Origin: an uncultured Rhodospirillaceae bacterium
GTDB taxonomy: Bacteria > Pseudomonadota > Alphaproteobacteria > UBA7887
Direction of reading: 5' to 3'
Assembly (NCBI GenBank): GCA_964515905.1
Contig: CAZEWK010000072.1
Location: 3,675 to 67,674, forward strand
Length of the DNA: 64,000 bases
Below the pieces are notes generated by a model. That model searched no databases. It was not told where the DNA came from and saw nothing but the letters and a program-made list of their open reading frames with translations. The stretch's first letter is position 1; each line of letters opens with the position of its first letter. A program made the translations under genes and the position numbers. This document shows, one piece after another, positions 35,103-44,376 of this stretch.

Positions 35103-35235
35103 ACCAAAGGTAGCAAAGATTAACCCAAGTTGCCAACTTGATCCACGGAGATACTATGCGGAATCGACTTAAAAAAATTATCGACATTTTCTATCATAGT
35201 GGCCTCTAATATTAAGTCCTGTATCTATACAACCC

Positions 35236-36096
35236 GTGCTAGGGAAAACCGTACCTATGCAAAATCACCATCGAGAATTAGTTGAAAGAGCAAAGCGGTA
35301 CCCATTTGGTTGCCCCGATCAGTCTTTTATCTTCGCTAAAGGAAGGGTTTGGAAGCTTCATGATTTTGATGTAAACAGCGAACTAGGTGCTGCCCAGGTC
35401 AATATATGCGGCGAAGTGCAAACATTGCGGGAAACCGTCGAGCAATTCGACATTGACCTCACAAGTCTCGAGGCGCCGAGGAAGGCCGTACTAGCCTCCG
35501 GCTCTAATTCCTCACCAATAAGACTAAAAGAAAAATTTGGAACTCTCGAGAATAGCGCGCTAATCCCAGTAGTACGCTATAAAGTAGAAGACTATGTACC
35601 GGTTTTTTCTGCCAAATTCTCGAGCTACGGTTCCATTACAGCTACCTTACAGTACGCGCCCAGTGTTCCATCAGAAATATTTGTTACATTTTTGACCGAA
35701 AATGAACTGAGCCGAATGCACGAAACTGAAGCGATAGGAGATGAATATGATTTTGTGGAAATTAGAGACATCCGAATTTGGAATAACGGACGCCGTTGTG
35801 CCTTAGGACCGGTATACGCCTATCTTAGTACCCATGGGGTATTCCAGGTCGACAATGTCCAATTCAGTATCTTGGAAACTAATTCACCAGGGTTTCAGAA
35901 AAAATCTCAGAATCAGATGCAACTTGTGGCATGGGAACTTCTTGGATGCCAGGACACTCTGGATACATTCATTTATCAGAACGTCACCGATGAAAAATTG
36001 CGCAGAGATCGAAACTCCATTTTACAGGCATACAGCACACCCTTCAAAGATGACAACATAAGCGTTGTAAATGGCCCCGTAGAATTACTTTTTTAA
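35236..36096 (+). CDS. Hypothetical protein, weakly GGCT/AIG2-like motif near the N-terminus
   Basis: Long clean ORF of 286 aa. VLASGSNSSPIRL resembles the YGSN(L/M)xPxRL motif of gamma-glutamylcyclotransferase-like folds. No other recognisable domain. Confidence 0.45.
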   Translation: MLGKTVPMQNHHRELVERAKRYPFGCPDQSFIFAKGRVWKLHDFDVNSELGAAQVNICGEVQTLRETVEQFDIDLTSLEAPRKAVLASGSNSSPIRLKEKFGTLENSALIPVVRYKVEDYVPVFSAKFSSYGSITATLQYAPSVPSEIFVTFLTENELSRMHETEAIGDEYDFVEIRDIRIWNNGRRCALGPVYAYLSTHGVFQVDNVQFSILETNSPGFQKKSQNQMQLVAWELLGCQDTLDTFIYQNVTDEKLRRDRNSILQAYSTPFKDDNISVVNGPVELLF

Positions 36097-36178
36097 AAGA
36101 GATTATAAGGGTAGTGACTGACGGACACCTACTAGTATAAGATTCAAATAAGTCTACAACCGCGCGAGGTTAGGTACA

Positions 36179-36472
36179 GTGGAAAAACAAGAGAAAACTG
36201 AAATTGAAGCCGCAGCATTTCGCCAACTAGTGGAACACTTGCAAGAAAATCCAACAGTACAAAACATTGACTTGATGGATCTTGCTGGGTTTTGTCGGAA
36301 TTGTCTTTCAAAGTGGTATGTTGCCGCAGCAAAAGAAAAAGGTATTGATATTGATTATGATCGTGCACGTGAGTTGGTTTACGGAATGCCCTACTTGGAA
36401 TGGAAAGCAAAGCACCAGACGGAACAATCAAAGGAACGTTTGAAAGGCTTCGTTCAGCACGATCACGGATAA
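36179..36472 (+). CDS. DUF1244 domain protein
   Basis: FRQLVEHLQENPTVQNIDLMDLAGFCRNCLSKWY is the DUF1244 hallmark. 97 aa. Confidence 0.75.
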   Translation: MEKQEKTEIEAAAFRQLVEHLQENPTVQNIDLMDLAGFCRNCLSKWYVAAAKEKGIDIDYDRARELVYGMPYLEWKAKHQTEQSKERLKGFVQHDHG

Positions 36473-36573
36473 AATTGATTCATGGCGCTGTCCTGCTTCT
36501 AACTTCTGTAGGCTTGGACATCGATGTCCAGTGATTCACTCATAGCTTCCCAGTTTACATACGACAAAAACTA

Positions 36574-36601
36574 AGGGCCTCAGCATGTTCGCCGAGGCCC
36601 T
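36574..36601. terminator. Bidirectional hairpin terminator between convergent DUF1244 and porin genes (AGGGCCTC-N12-GAGGCCCT)
   Basis: 8-bp GC-rich inverted repeat. TTTGAAAT follows on the + strand. TTAGTTTTTGTCG follows on the - strand, downstream of the porin stop. Confidence 0.5.
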
Positions 36602-36683
36602 TTGAAATCTACCAACCTTCCTTACGCTACTCGGTGAATAGTTCACCCAGCAACTGTTTTCAGGTTGCTACACGTTACAGTTA

Positions 36684-38201
36684 TTAGTAGGACACGGTAA
36701 CACTCCAGTGACCTTCAACTGCTTCGTTGGCAGCGTCATCAATCTCGTTGTTAACGCCCTGGTTCCGATTGTTATCACCGCGGAACTTCGCTGAGTGATA
36801 GGAAACCCCAACGCCCGTGGTAACTCGCGGTACAAGCGACCATACCAAGTTGCCGGTAAGCGAACGCCATTGAGTTAGTGGAGGCGTTTCATCATCGGCA
36901 CCCAAAGAATAATCCTCTGGATTTGAGTTAGCACCGGAGAGGTGCAGTGTCGACCGCATCGAGTCATTCCACCAGTGCGTATAGTAGGTGTGCAGTGAAT
37001 AGGTCACGGTACTGTCGATATTACCAGTTACTGGATCGACTGTGCCCTGATCACCCCGACCACCAGTCCACAAAGAGTGGTTGATGTTCGTGTTACGACC
37101 ACCGTCCGTATAGGCAAAACCAGCATAGAGCTTGTCTTTGCCAAGAGGAATGCTGATTTCTGGGAAAATACCAAAGCCCGTATCGGTGTCTGATGCACCA
37201 GCTACGTCGGTATTCAAGTTATTATTGTCATAGCCATACTGACGAAGTTGCAGGCCAAGACCAATATTAGCAGCGCCGGCGCCAAAGGACAAACGCGCCT
37301 GAAGATCAGGGAGCGATCCATTAATATTGACACCACCCATGTCATCTCTGCCATCAGAGTCTAACGTGGCTGCAGGATGGACGAGCTGAATTCTGTAATT
37401 CATTCCTCCACCACCGCCTGCATACTGAATTGCAGGACCAATGCCAAGCGGACACGGTGCACCACCAGTAGCTACGGTTTCACCGTAACAATCACCACTG
37501 GTAAATGCGAACCCTTGTTGTCCAAATGTCCAATTTCCAACACCAACGTTGGCAAATGGAGCCCAAACGCGATTAAGGCTGAGAGTATCTTCCAAAGCCA
37601 GACCATCACGATCGGTTGACAACACTAGGTTGGTTGTCACTGTACCCATGTTGGATTCGGATGATGTCGAAACAGCCATAGAATTTGACAAGCTTTCAAA
37701 ACGAAGCTGGCCGTTGCTATTTGGATTGCTTTCGTCAGGCTGAATAGTACCTGCATGACCCCACGACGAGAATGATCCTTCACTCGCACCGCCGTCATAA
37801 GTAGCCCGCATACTTATATGACCGGAGATGGCCACAGAAGTATCGGAACCTGGAACCTTAAAGGAGCCAGGTAAATCGCCACCTACCACGCCATTGGCGC
37901 GGGCGGTTTCTGGCATAATATAGTTATCGCGCACGTCATAAGGTGCATACCGCGACGGAAGTTGCGGCGCACGCTTGCGAAGATATTGCCGATTCATAAT
38001 TGGCGCAGCCGTCTGTGCGGCTACTTGCTGACCTTCTACACGTTCCATACGATCAAGAAGGTTTTGTAATTCCGCACGCATCTCGTCCATATCATTCGCC
38101 TGAGCCGGCGCCGCGATCATTGCTATAGCGGTCGTCGAGTACAGGAAGCCCTTGACGATGGAACGAGTGCCCGACGGATTCTGCGGTGAGACTTTACGCA
38201 T
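36684..38201 (-). CDS. Outer-membrane beta-barrel porin-like protein with an N-terminal coiled-coil segment
   Basis: Signal peptide ending AQA. Coiled segment MDEMRAELQNLLDRMERVEGQ. Alternating amphipathic beta strands rich in G/Y/T/N. C-terminal aromatic residue (..VTVSY). Start placed at MRKVSPQ. Confidence 0.55.
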   Translation of the reverse strand: MRKVSPQNPSGTRSIVKGFLYSTTAIAMIAAPAQANDMDEMRAELQNLLDRMERVEGQQVAAQTAAPIMNRQYLRKRAPQLPSRYAPYDVRDNYIMPETARANGVVGGDLPGSFKVPGSDTSVAISGHISMRATYDGGASEGSFSSWGHAGTIQPDESNPNSNGQLRFESLSNSMAVSTSSESNMGTVTTNLVLSTDRDGLALEDTLSLNRVWAPFANVGVGNWTFGQQGFAFTSGDCYGETVATGGAPCPLGIGPAIQYAGGGGGMNYRIQLVHPAATLDSDGRDDMGGVNINGSLPDLQARLSFGAGAANIGLGLQLRQYGYDNNNLNTDVAGASDTDTGFGIFPEISIPLGKDKLYAGFAYTDGGRNTNINHSLWTGGRGDQGTVDPVTGNIDSTVTYSLHTYYTHWWNDSMRSTLHLSGANSNPEDYSLGADDETPPLTQWRSLTGNLVWSLVPRVTTGVGVSYHSAKFRGDNNRNQGVNNEIDDAANEAVEGHWSVTVSY

Positions 38202-38506
38202 GTTGGGAACCCTCACTTCTTTGATTAAAATAAACTGCAAACAGCGGCACCCCTCAACCGAGTTTGGCACCACTGGCCCACGCAGTAGATCTAAATCTAC
38301 GCACAAGCTCCCCCATTACATTATGACAGACAGGTTAAATCAACTGTTCCAGGCACTAAAGAGTGGTAATTAGCTCTATGTGTGGTAAAAAAACCACACT
38401 GCCCCGCAAGCGTCAGTTTAATTAGATATTTCAGAACGAGTGAACAAGTGTTTCCATATGTTGGTATTAAACAAGCCCAATTGTTTCATTCGATTATACT
38501 CCCCGG

Positions 38507-38983
38507 ATGAGTCTTCGTCAGCGCCAAAGCAAGGAATACAAGCTATTGATATTATTAAGATTGCGCGCATTTTCTCCGGTCTTCATTGTGGCTTCGGTCC
38601 TTATCCAAAATGCGTATGCCCCAACAACCTGGGCCGATCCCGCTATTAAGATTTTGCTGGATACCTCTCAGTGCGTCGGAGCATTTGATGCCGCTTACCA
38701 AACGGCATACAAAATGGGCGTATATGCAAATATCACCGATTTGGACAAACAACGACAAAACTGGAAGAAACTTCTGGATTCTGTCTTCCTGTTTATTGTG
38801 GCCAACAGCGACAAAGAACAGGTGGATTTAATCCAACGTTCATTGGCACAAGCATACCAGCAGCAATATAAAGAGGTTATTCGCTCTTTTCAGGAAAATG
38901 ACGACGCCATTTTTCAAAATATTGAGAATAAGTGCAATTATATTCTAAACGAAGTGCGAAAAGCACTTACTGAATCAAAGTAG
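38507..38983 (+). CDS. Hypothetical small protein, possibly exported (hydrophobic segment ending AYA)
   Basis: 158-aa ORF followed by a hairpin plus T-tract. No recognised domain. A signal-peptide-like stretch LLILLRLRAFSPVFIVASVLIQNAYA. Confidence 0.4.
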   Translation: MSLRQRQSKEYKLLILLRLRAFSPVFIVASVLIQNAYAPTTWADPAIKILLDTSQCVGAFDAAYQTAYKMGVYANITDLDKQRQNWKKLLDSVFLFIVANSDKEQVDLIQRSLAQAYQQQYKEVIRSFQENDDAIFQNIENKCNYILNEVRKALTESK

Positions 38984-39049
38984 CAGAACAGAATAGAACC
39001 TAATCTTTAACCCCATAATTTGATGCACAGAGTCTTTTGACATATCGGC

Positions 39050-39083
39050 GCGACGGCCGTAGAGTCGCATTTGGGTTTTTATG
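39050..39083 (+). terminator. Candidate rho-independent terminator (GCGAC-N9-GTCGC followed by ATTTGGGTTTTTAT)
   Basis: Short GC stem with a strong T-tract, 66 nt after the stop of the 38507..38983 ORF. Confidence 0.4.
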
Positions 39084-39193
39084 TATTGGCGCCGTGATCT
39101 CTATCCTCGCCAGGCCAGATGATCCACGGACATAGACCCGTGCGACGATCGTTAGCAACGATTGGTGGATGTAACCACTGAGGAGGGAGAACA

Positions 39194-40513
39194 ATGGAAT
39201 TTAATTATAAAAAAGCCTTTAATAAGATCGATGGTAAAGTCGTGAACCCAGCTAATCCTTTTGAGCAGGGGACTGCATATTTCACTTCAGGTCATGATGT
39301 TGGCGGGGAAGTAGAATCTCGCATGGAAGACATGGCTGAAAAATCAGAGGTAGGTCGACGCGACTTCTTCCGGTCTGCATGTGGCTTTGCTGGCGCGATG
39401 CTAGCAGTTAATGCGGCTACTGGAATGAAGTTCTTCAAAGTAGATGAAGTAGAGGCCCGCGAAATTGCTGCGACAGCCGAAGTAAAAGACTTTTTAAAAG
39501 GCAACACAGGACCTGTGGTTGACCAGCATACGCATATATGTACGCGTGAAGAAGGTTATATCGAAGGGGTCAATACTACTGAACAAGGGATGTGGTTTGT
39601 TGATCTACTGGATGGCCTAGGTAAAGCGATGGGGCTTCCTAATGGAACCTCAGATATGACGGTAGAAAACTACGGCAAACTATTGCTAGACGGCAGTGAC
39701 ACTGACGTCGGTATTTTCAACCCGTTTGGTTTCCGCGAGGATTACGGCGGGAAAGATATGATCCCGATGGAAGAGCAAGCCGAGGTAAAAGCGAAATGGC
39801 CAAACCGGACTATCATGCTTGCCGGCGGCCTCACCCCCAACCAAGGTGTTACGGAAACGCTTGAGAGATTGGAAGAGTATGTCAAAGATTATGATACTTC
39901 AGGTCTTAAGTTATACACCTTTGACTCCACTCCGCAAAAAGGGTGGTGGTTCGATGACGAAAAACTGGCATATCCAATTTGGGAAAAATGTCGGGAACTT
40001 GGCATTAAAAATATAGGTTGTCACAAAGGCATTCCTTTCGGCCAATTTATGGCTCGCTACGCTCATTGCGAAGATTTTGATAAAGCGTGTGATGACTTCC
40101 TAGACTTGAACTTCATTGCGTTCCATTCGGCATGGCCATACCACCAAGAACTAGCAGCATTAAAAGGCTTTAAGCCACAACGGAACAATCTATATTGTGA
40201 ACTTGGTTCAACTTTTGCTGCCACGGTATCTAGCAGACCAATCGAATGTGCCCACGTACTTGGCACGCTGCTTCGCGATGTGGGAACCGATTATGTGTTG
40301 TGGGGGACCGATTCGCTATTATGGGGCAACCCGCAGTGGCAGATCGACGCCTTCCGGCGGTTCCAGATTCCGGACGAGCTAATCGAGGGTCATGGTTACC
40401 CGCAGATTACGGATGAAATTAAAGCTAAGGTTCTCGGTGGCAACGCCGCGCGCTTATGGAATCTAGAATCAGCCAAGAACGAGCTTGGTCAACCCACATA
40501 TCGGGTTGCCTAG
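39194..40513 (+). CDS. Tat-exported amidohydrolase-family (metal-dependent TIM-barrel hydrolase) protein
   Basis: Twin-arginine signal RRDFFRSACGFAGAMLAVNAATG. HxH metal motif (VDQHTHIC). Strong SD GAGGAGGGAG upstream. 439 aa. Confidence 0.7.
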   Translation: MEFNYKKAFNKIDGKVVNPANPFEQGTAYFTSGHDVGGEVESRMEDMAEKSEVGRRDFFRSACGFAGAMLAVNAATGMKFFKVDEVEAREIAATAEVKDFLKGNTGPVVDQHTHICTREEGYIEGVNTTEQGMWFVDLLDGLGKAMGLPNGTSDMTVENYGKLLLDGSDTDVGIFNPFGFREDYGGKDMIPMEEQAEVKAKWPNRTIMLAGGLTPNQGVTETLERLEEYVKDYDTSGLKLYTFDSTPQKGWWFDDEKLAYPIWEKCRELGIKNIGCHKGIPFGQFMARYAHCEDFDKACDDFLDLNFIAFHSAWPYHQELAALKGFKPQRNNLYCELGSTFAATVSSRPIECAHVLGTLLRDVGTDYVLWGTDSLLWGNPQWQIDAFRRFQIPDELIEGHGYPQITDEIKAKVLGGNAARLWNLESAKNELGQPTYRVA

Positions 40514-40541
40514 GATCCTTTTGAGTAGCTTAGACATTTAA

Positions 40542-40582
40542 GGCAACGGCCGAGATCCAATCTCGGCCGTTGCTATTTTGGG
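40542..40582 (+). terminator. Rho-independent terminator (GGCAACGGCCGAGA-loop-TCTCGGCCGTTGC followed by TATTTTGGGG)
   Basis: 13-14 bp perfect GC-rich inverted repeat with a T-tract, 29 nt after the amidohydrolase stop. Confidence 0.7.
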
Positions 40583-40594
40583 GAACACCGTCAA

Positions 40595-40879
40595 ATGCCA
40601 ACTTACGAATACATGTGTGATCCATGCCGAATGATCTATATGGTTCGGCACAATATGAATGATAAACCGAAGATCAAATGTCCAAAGTGCAAAAAAAGTA
40701 CGGAGAAAATTCTATCCGCCGCTAATTTGAATATGGGTGGTTGGTCGAGCCCGACCGAAGCAAAATACTCGAAACTGAGCATTTCTGATGAAATTGCTAA
40801 AGAAAAAGAATTACAAAGAACCTACGAAACCGTCTGGTTACCGCCACCCGTGGTCCACGACCCGTGGGAGGAACACTGA
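40595..40879 (+). CDS. FmdB-family zinc-ribbon putative regulatory protein
   Basis: MPTYEYMCDPC...KCPKCKK CxxC-N-CxxC zinc ribbon, typical of the FmdB family. 94 aa. Confidence 0.7.
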   Translation: MPTYEYMCDPCRMIYMVRHNMNDKPKIKCPKCKKSTEKILSAANLNMGGWSSPTEAKYSKLSISDEIAKEKELQRTYETVWLPPPVVHDPWEEH

Positions 40880-41046
40880 CAGAAAGACCGGCTTCTGCGG
40901 TCAAAGAATACCTCTCCCGCAAGCACTGTAATTATCCGCAAAAAGATGTCCAGATGCTGGATTTAATAAAAACTTTCGAGTAATTGTCATTACCACTTTA
41001 AATTTTAATGCAGAACCTACTCGCTAGAGACTGGAGGGATTTGTTG

Positions 41047-41463
41047 ATGCTAATTCCTTTTTCAGGTGGTTGCGCCTGTGGAGCAATTCGATACAAATGT
41101 GTGACAGAACCCTTGTATATGGGCAATTGTCATTGCCGCCACTGCCAGCAGGCGACCGGAAGTGCTTACTTTGCAGCAGTACTTGTAAGGGAATCAGGAT
41201 TTTCTCTTGTCAGCGGGGAACCTGCTTGGTTCGAACGAAAAGCGGACAAAGGACACTCAATGCAAAGAGGATTCTGCACAGACTGTGGATCCCCGCTTTT
41301 TTTAAAAAATGGGATGCACCCAAGAACTTGGGTTCTTTATGCGGGGAGTCTCGACGATCCTAGCCAGTATAAACCCAGCAGGAATATATATACTGAAAGC
41401 GCCCAACCGTGGGATCTAATGGACCCCGATTTACCCAAAAACGCTGGAATGCCAGATTGGTAA
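41047..41463 (+). CDS. GFA family protein (glutathione-dependent formaldehyde-activating enzyme / CENP-V-like zinc domain)
   Basis: GGCACGAIRY...GNCHCRHCQ...CTDCGSPLF cysteine pattern of PF04828. Start placed at MLIPFSGG. Confidence 0.8.
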   Translation: MLIPFSGGCACGAIRYKCVTEPLYMGNCHCRHCQQATGSAYFAAVLVRESGFSLVSGEPAWFERKADKGHSMQRGFCTDCGSPLFLKNGMHPRTWVLYAGSLDDPSQYKPSRNIYTESAQPWDLMDPDLPKNAGMPDW

Positions 41464-41479
41464 AAACAGCCAAGCCGGT

Positions 41480-41554
41480 TGGCTGGGGCGCCAGGATTCG
41501 AACCTGGGAATCACGGGATCAAAACCCGTTGCCTTACCGCTAGGCTACGCCCCA
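41480..41554 (-). tRNA. tRNA-Gln (anticodon UUG)
   Basis: Hand-folded cloverleaf. Acceptor stem UGGGGCG/CGCCCCA plus G plus CCA. D arm AGCCUAGCGGUAAGGC. Anticodon loop UUUUGAU (UUG). T arm CCAGGUUCGAAUCCUGG. 75 nt with CCA encoded. Confidence 0.85.
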
Positions 41555-41671
41555 ATGCTAAAACACTATAGATATGCCAGAGTGCATTTTTGATGCAAGT
41601 AGTCGAAATACTGTTAACTATCTTCTATAACAACTTATACGCTTTGCAGTAACCATTTTTTGGAGTAGGCC

Positions 41672-42565
41672 ATGGCCAAAACTCAAATAATCGACGGGAA
41701 AACAATTGCATCCCGTCAACGAGCTGCAGTGGCCAAAGCTGTAGCCTACCTTGCTGCAGAACACAACCTTTCCCCTGGTCTGGCTGTGGTCCTAGTTGGC
41801 AACGATCCAGCCAGCGAGATTTATACGCGCAATAAAATTTTGCAAACGACTGATGTTGGAATGAATAGTCTGCACGAACAACTTCCCATAGACACGTCGG
41901 AACATGATTTACTCACCAAGATTGACGAGCTAAATCGTGACGCGATGGTCAACGGGATCTTGGTTCAACTGCCACTGCCTCATCAGATCAACCCAGATAT
42001 TGTGATCAACCAAATTGACCCGACAAAAGATGTAGATGGCTTCCATCCATTGAATGCAGGCGCCTTGGCAAATGGTGAGGGCAAGCTCACCCCATGTACC
42101 CCACAGGGATGTGTACTGTTGTTAAAGAAAACTATAGGCAACCTTGCCGGAGCAAACGCTATTGTAATTGGAAGATCAAACATAGTTGGAAAACCAGTGG
42201 CCCAAATGTTATTGCAAGAACACTGTACCGTAACTATTGCACACTCCCAGTCACAGGATCTGCCTGCACTCTGTCGGCGCAGCGACATAATAGTGGCAGC
42301 AGCAGGTAAACCCGAAATGGTGCGAGGCAGCTGGATTAAGCCTGGGGCTGTCGTAATTGATGTTGGAATCAATCGTGTAGAACACTCGGGGGATAAGCCT
42401 CAGATCGTCGGAGACGTGGCGTTCAGTGAAGCATTGGACGTGGCCGGGGCCATCACGCCGGTACCAGGGGGTGTAGGACCTATGACCATTGCTTGTTTAC
42501 TCAAAAACTGTGTTAGAGCTAGCTGCGAACAAAATAATATTCCTCTGCCTAACTTAAACCCATAG
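41672..42565 (+). CDS. folD: Bifunctional methylenetetrahydrofolate dehydrogenase / methenyl-THF cyclohydrolase
   Basis: N-terminus [12 protein letters not shown]-binding loop [19 protein letters not shown] motif. 297 aa. Confidence 0.95.
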   Translation: MAKTQIIDGKTIASRQRAAVAKAVAYLAAEHNLSPGLAVVLVGNDPASEIYTRNKILQTTDVGMNSLHEQLPIDTSEHDLLTKIDELNRDAMVNGILVQLPLPHQINPDIVINQIDPTKDVDGFHPLNAGALANGEGKLTPCTPQGCVLLLKKTIGNLAGANAIVIGRSNIVGKPVAQMLLQEHCTVTIAHSQSQDLPALCRRSDIIVAAAGKPEMVRGSWIKPGAVVIDVGINRVEHSGDKPQIVGDVAFSEALDVAGAITPVPGGVGPMTIACLLKNCVRASCEQNNIPLPNLNP

Positions 42566-42650
42566 CCAATGTCCAATTTGCTTTGTCCCTTAGTGGGGAT
42601 TGTGTACTTTCCATTAACGCTGTTTAATTCGGTTGCTATACTTATCCAAG

Positions 42651-43127
42651 TTAGTCGTCGTTGTACGTCTTTTCCATCCGCTCGTGTCGCTCTTGCGCAT
42701 CTATTGTTAGGGTTGCCACTGGACGCGCCTCTAATCGATTCAAGCCGATAGGATCACCCGTTTCTTCACAGTAACCATAGCTGCCATCTTCTATTCTTTG
42801 GAGAGCCGCCTGAATCTTAGATAAAAGTTTACGCTCCCGGTCGCGACTTCTGAGCTCAATAAGCCTTCCACTTTCAATGGAGGCTCGGTCTCCTATATCA
42901 GGAGCCTGACCCATCTCTTCCCGCAAATTCATGATCGTCTGGGAAGACTCAGCAAGAATTTCTTCTCGCCAACCAATCAACTTCTGCTTGAAATATTCCT
43001 GCTGTACGGGATTCATGAATTCTTCGTCAACAGTAGGACGATAGTCCGTTGGCACAACGACGGGTTTGCGTTTCCGCACCCTTTTCGAGACCTTTGCAGA
43101 TTTACCGTTATTTTTGCGTGCGGCCAT
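42651..43127 (-). CDS. dksA: RNA polymerase-binding transcription factor DksA, zinc-finger-degenerate variant
   Basis: Coiled-coil with acidic tip. C-terminal YGYCEETGDPIGLNRLEARPVATLTIDAQ aligns to the DksA C4 finger. Only the first Cys is present; the other three positions are T, T and A. Start placed at MAARKNN; the ORF-track extension to 43418 is probably non-coding. Confidence 0.8.
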   Translation of the reverse strand: MAARKNNGKSAKVSKRVRKRKPVVVPTDYRPTVDEEFMNPVQQEYFKQKLIGWREEILAESSQTIMNLREEMGQAPDIGDRASIESGRLIELRSRDRERKLLSKIQAALQRIEDGSYGYCEETGDPIGLNRLEARPVATLTIDAQERHERMEKTYNDD

Positions 43128-43479
43128 GCCGCCTCCCTTTTTTTCACGGCCGTTCAAACCGGGCGGAGTATATAAATCCGGACTGCTGGCTGCAACCGAC
43201 ACTTTTAGCCAAACAAGCAAAAAAACGTTTGACGCAAAAAGCTTATATCTGATCTTTCTGGGTACTGGAAAATTAGTGGAGGGAAATCCAATACCGAAAA
43301 CTCGTGCTATCCAGCCCAACTCCACCAAAAGACAGGCCAAATCTGCTCCAGTAAATTTACAACAAGCAATGCTCTCAGAGCTCTTGGATTGTTCCGAACT
43401 CCAAACAACCTTTCCCAATCCTTGGCGCCAAGACGCTCCCAGATCAAGGAATCATCCACGGTTCTTTCGAATGAATCGC

Positions 43480-44211
43480 TTAACCCTGGTTGATTTGTTC
43501 CAAAAGTTCCGCCGGAGGAACCCATCCCTCAGCTAGGACGAGATCAAACCTTCCTGTTTTCGCCCCATTAGCGTTGCTCTGATCAAAAGAAACTTCTAGA
43601 GCAGAACGTTGTCCTGGTGTTAGTTCCTGCAAAAGCCGGTCAGCGTCGTTCAATGGATCACCAGCAAAATACATCTGAGTCGTAACCGAAGGATTGAATG
43701 GAGCGCTCACATGAACATGAATATGTGGTGGTCGCATCCAAGGACCCATTGCCATATAACTGCCCGGTTTAATGGTAACAAACCGGTACTCACCGTTTTC
43801 ATCCGTCGATACACGAGCGTAGCCTTGAAAATTAGGATCTAGTGGACGATCCTCCGCACCATCTCTTGGGTGGGCATACCTTCCGTTAGCATTAGCCTGC
43901 CATATCTCCAAGACACAACCTCCTACAGGATTGCATTTAGCATCTGTGACTTGACCTGTGATTTCAATTACTTCACCAGAAGCGCGTCCACTACCCCCTG
44001 CAACTCGGGTGAGATCCCAATCCTGTTCATCTACAACCACGGGATAAAACGGTCCATCCACCTGGGCTGCTGTCAAAGAACAAGCCGCCTGCACCGCTGA
44101 AGGAACCGACACCATCGCAGCGCCGGAGGCCAATCCTGTTAGCACTCTTCGTCGACTGACAATCGGGTAACTTACCTTCCTCGCCAATTCTTTGTTGTCG
44201 TCCATTAACAT
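43480..44211 (-). CDS. Tat-exported intradiol ring-cleavage dioxygenase family protein
   Basis: Twin-arginine signal SRRRVLTGLASGAAMVSVPSAVQA. Dioxygenase_C core (VDGPFYP..., His/Tyr iron-ligand region HIHVHV). 243 aa. Confidence 0.75.
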   Translation of the reverse strand: MLMDDNKELARKVSYPIVSRRRVLTGLASGAAMVSVPSAVQAACSLTAAQVDGPFYPVVVDEQDWDLTRVAGGSGRASGEVIEITGQVTDAKCNPVGGCVLEIWQANANGRYAHPRDGAEDRPLDPNFQGYARVSTDENGEYRFVTIKPGSYMAMGPWMRPPHIHVHVSAPFNPSVTTQMYFAGDPLNDADRLLQELTPGQRSALEVSFDQSNANGAKTGRFDLVLAEGWVPPAELLEQINQG

Positions 44212-44376
44212 TGAATCCCTCCCTCTAACTAAAAAAATTCAAAGTGAACTGATTATAGGGTCTAAAATAGCCCCACTTGCAAGATTTCTTAAGCCGGGAT
44301 CGATCTTTGCAAGGCAGCATTGTCCTAGCCTCTAGCCAAGCCAAAAATAAATCAAATAAACCCCAGCTTTCTGAGC

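Noticed and set aside
38378-38399. GTGTGGT-A7-ACCACAC hairpin upstream of the porin gene
   Set aside because: The A-tract forms the loop rather than a 3' U-tail, and no gene ends there. It is at best a minor 5'-UTR structure.
41480-41554. tRNA-Gln as a possible integration site for a genomic island
   Set aside because: Flanking genes (GFA, folD, dksA) are core. No integrase, direct repeat of the tRNA 3' end or compositional shift is visible downstream.
43128-43418. 97-codon N-terminal extension of the dksA ORF in the six-frame track
   Set aside because: DksA homology starts at MAARKNN. The extension is hydrophobic and low-complexity and most likely untranslated upstream sequence read through to an earlier ATG.
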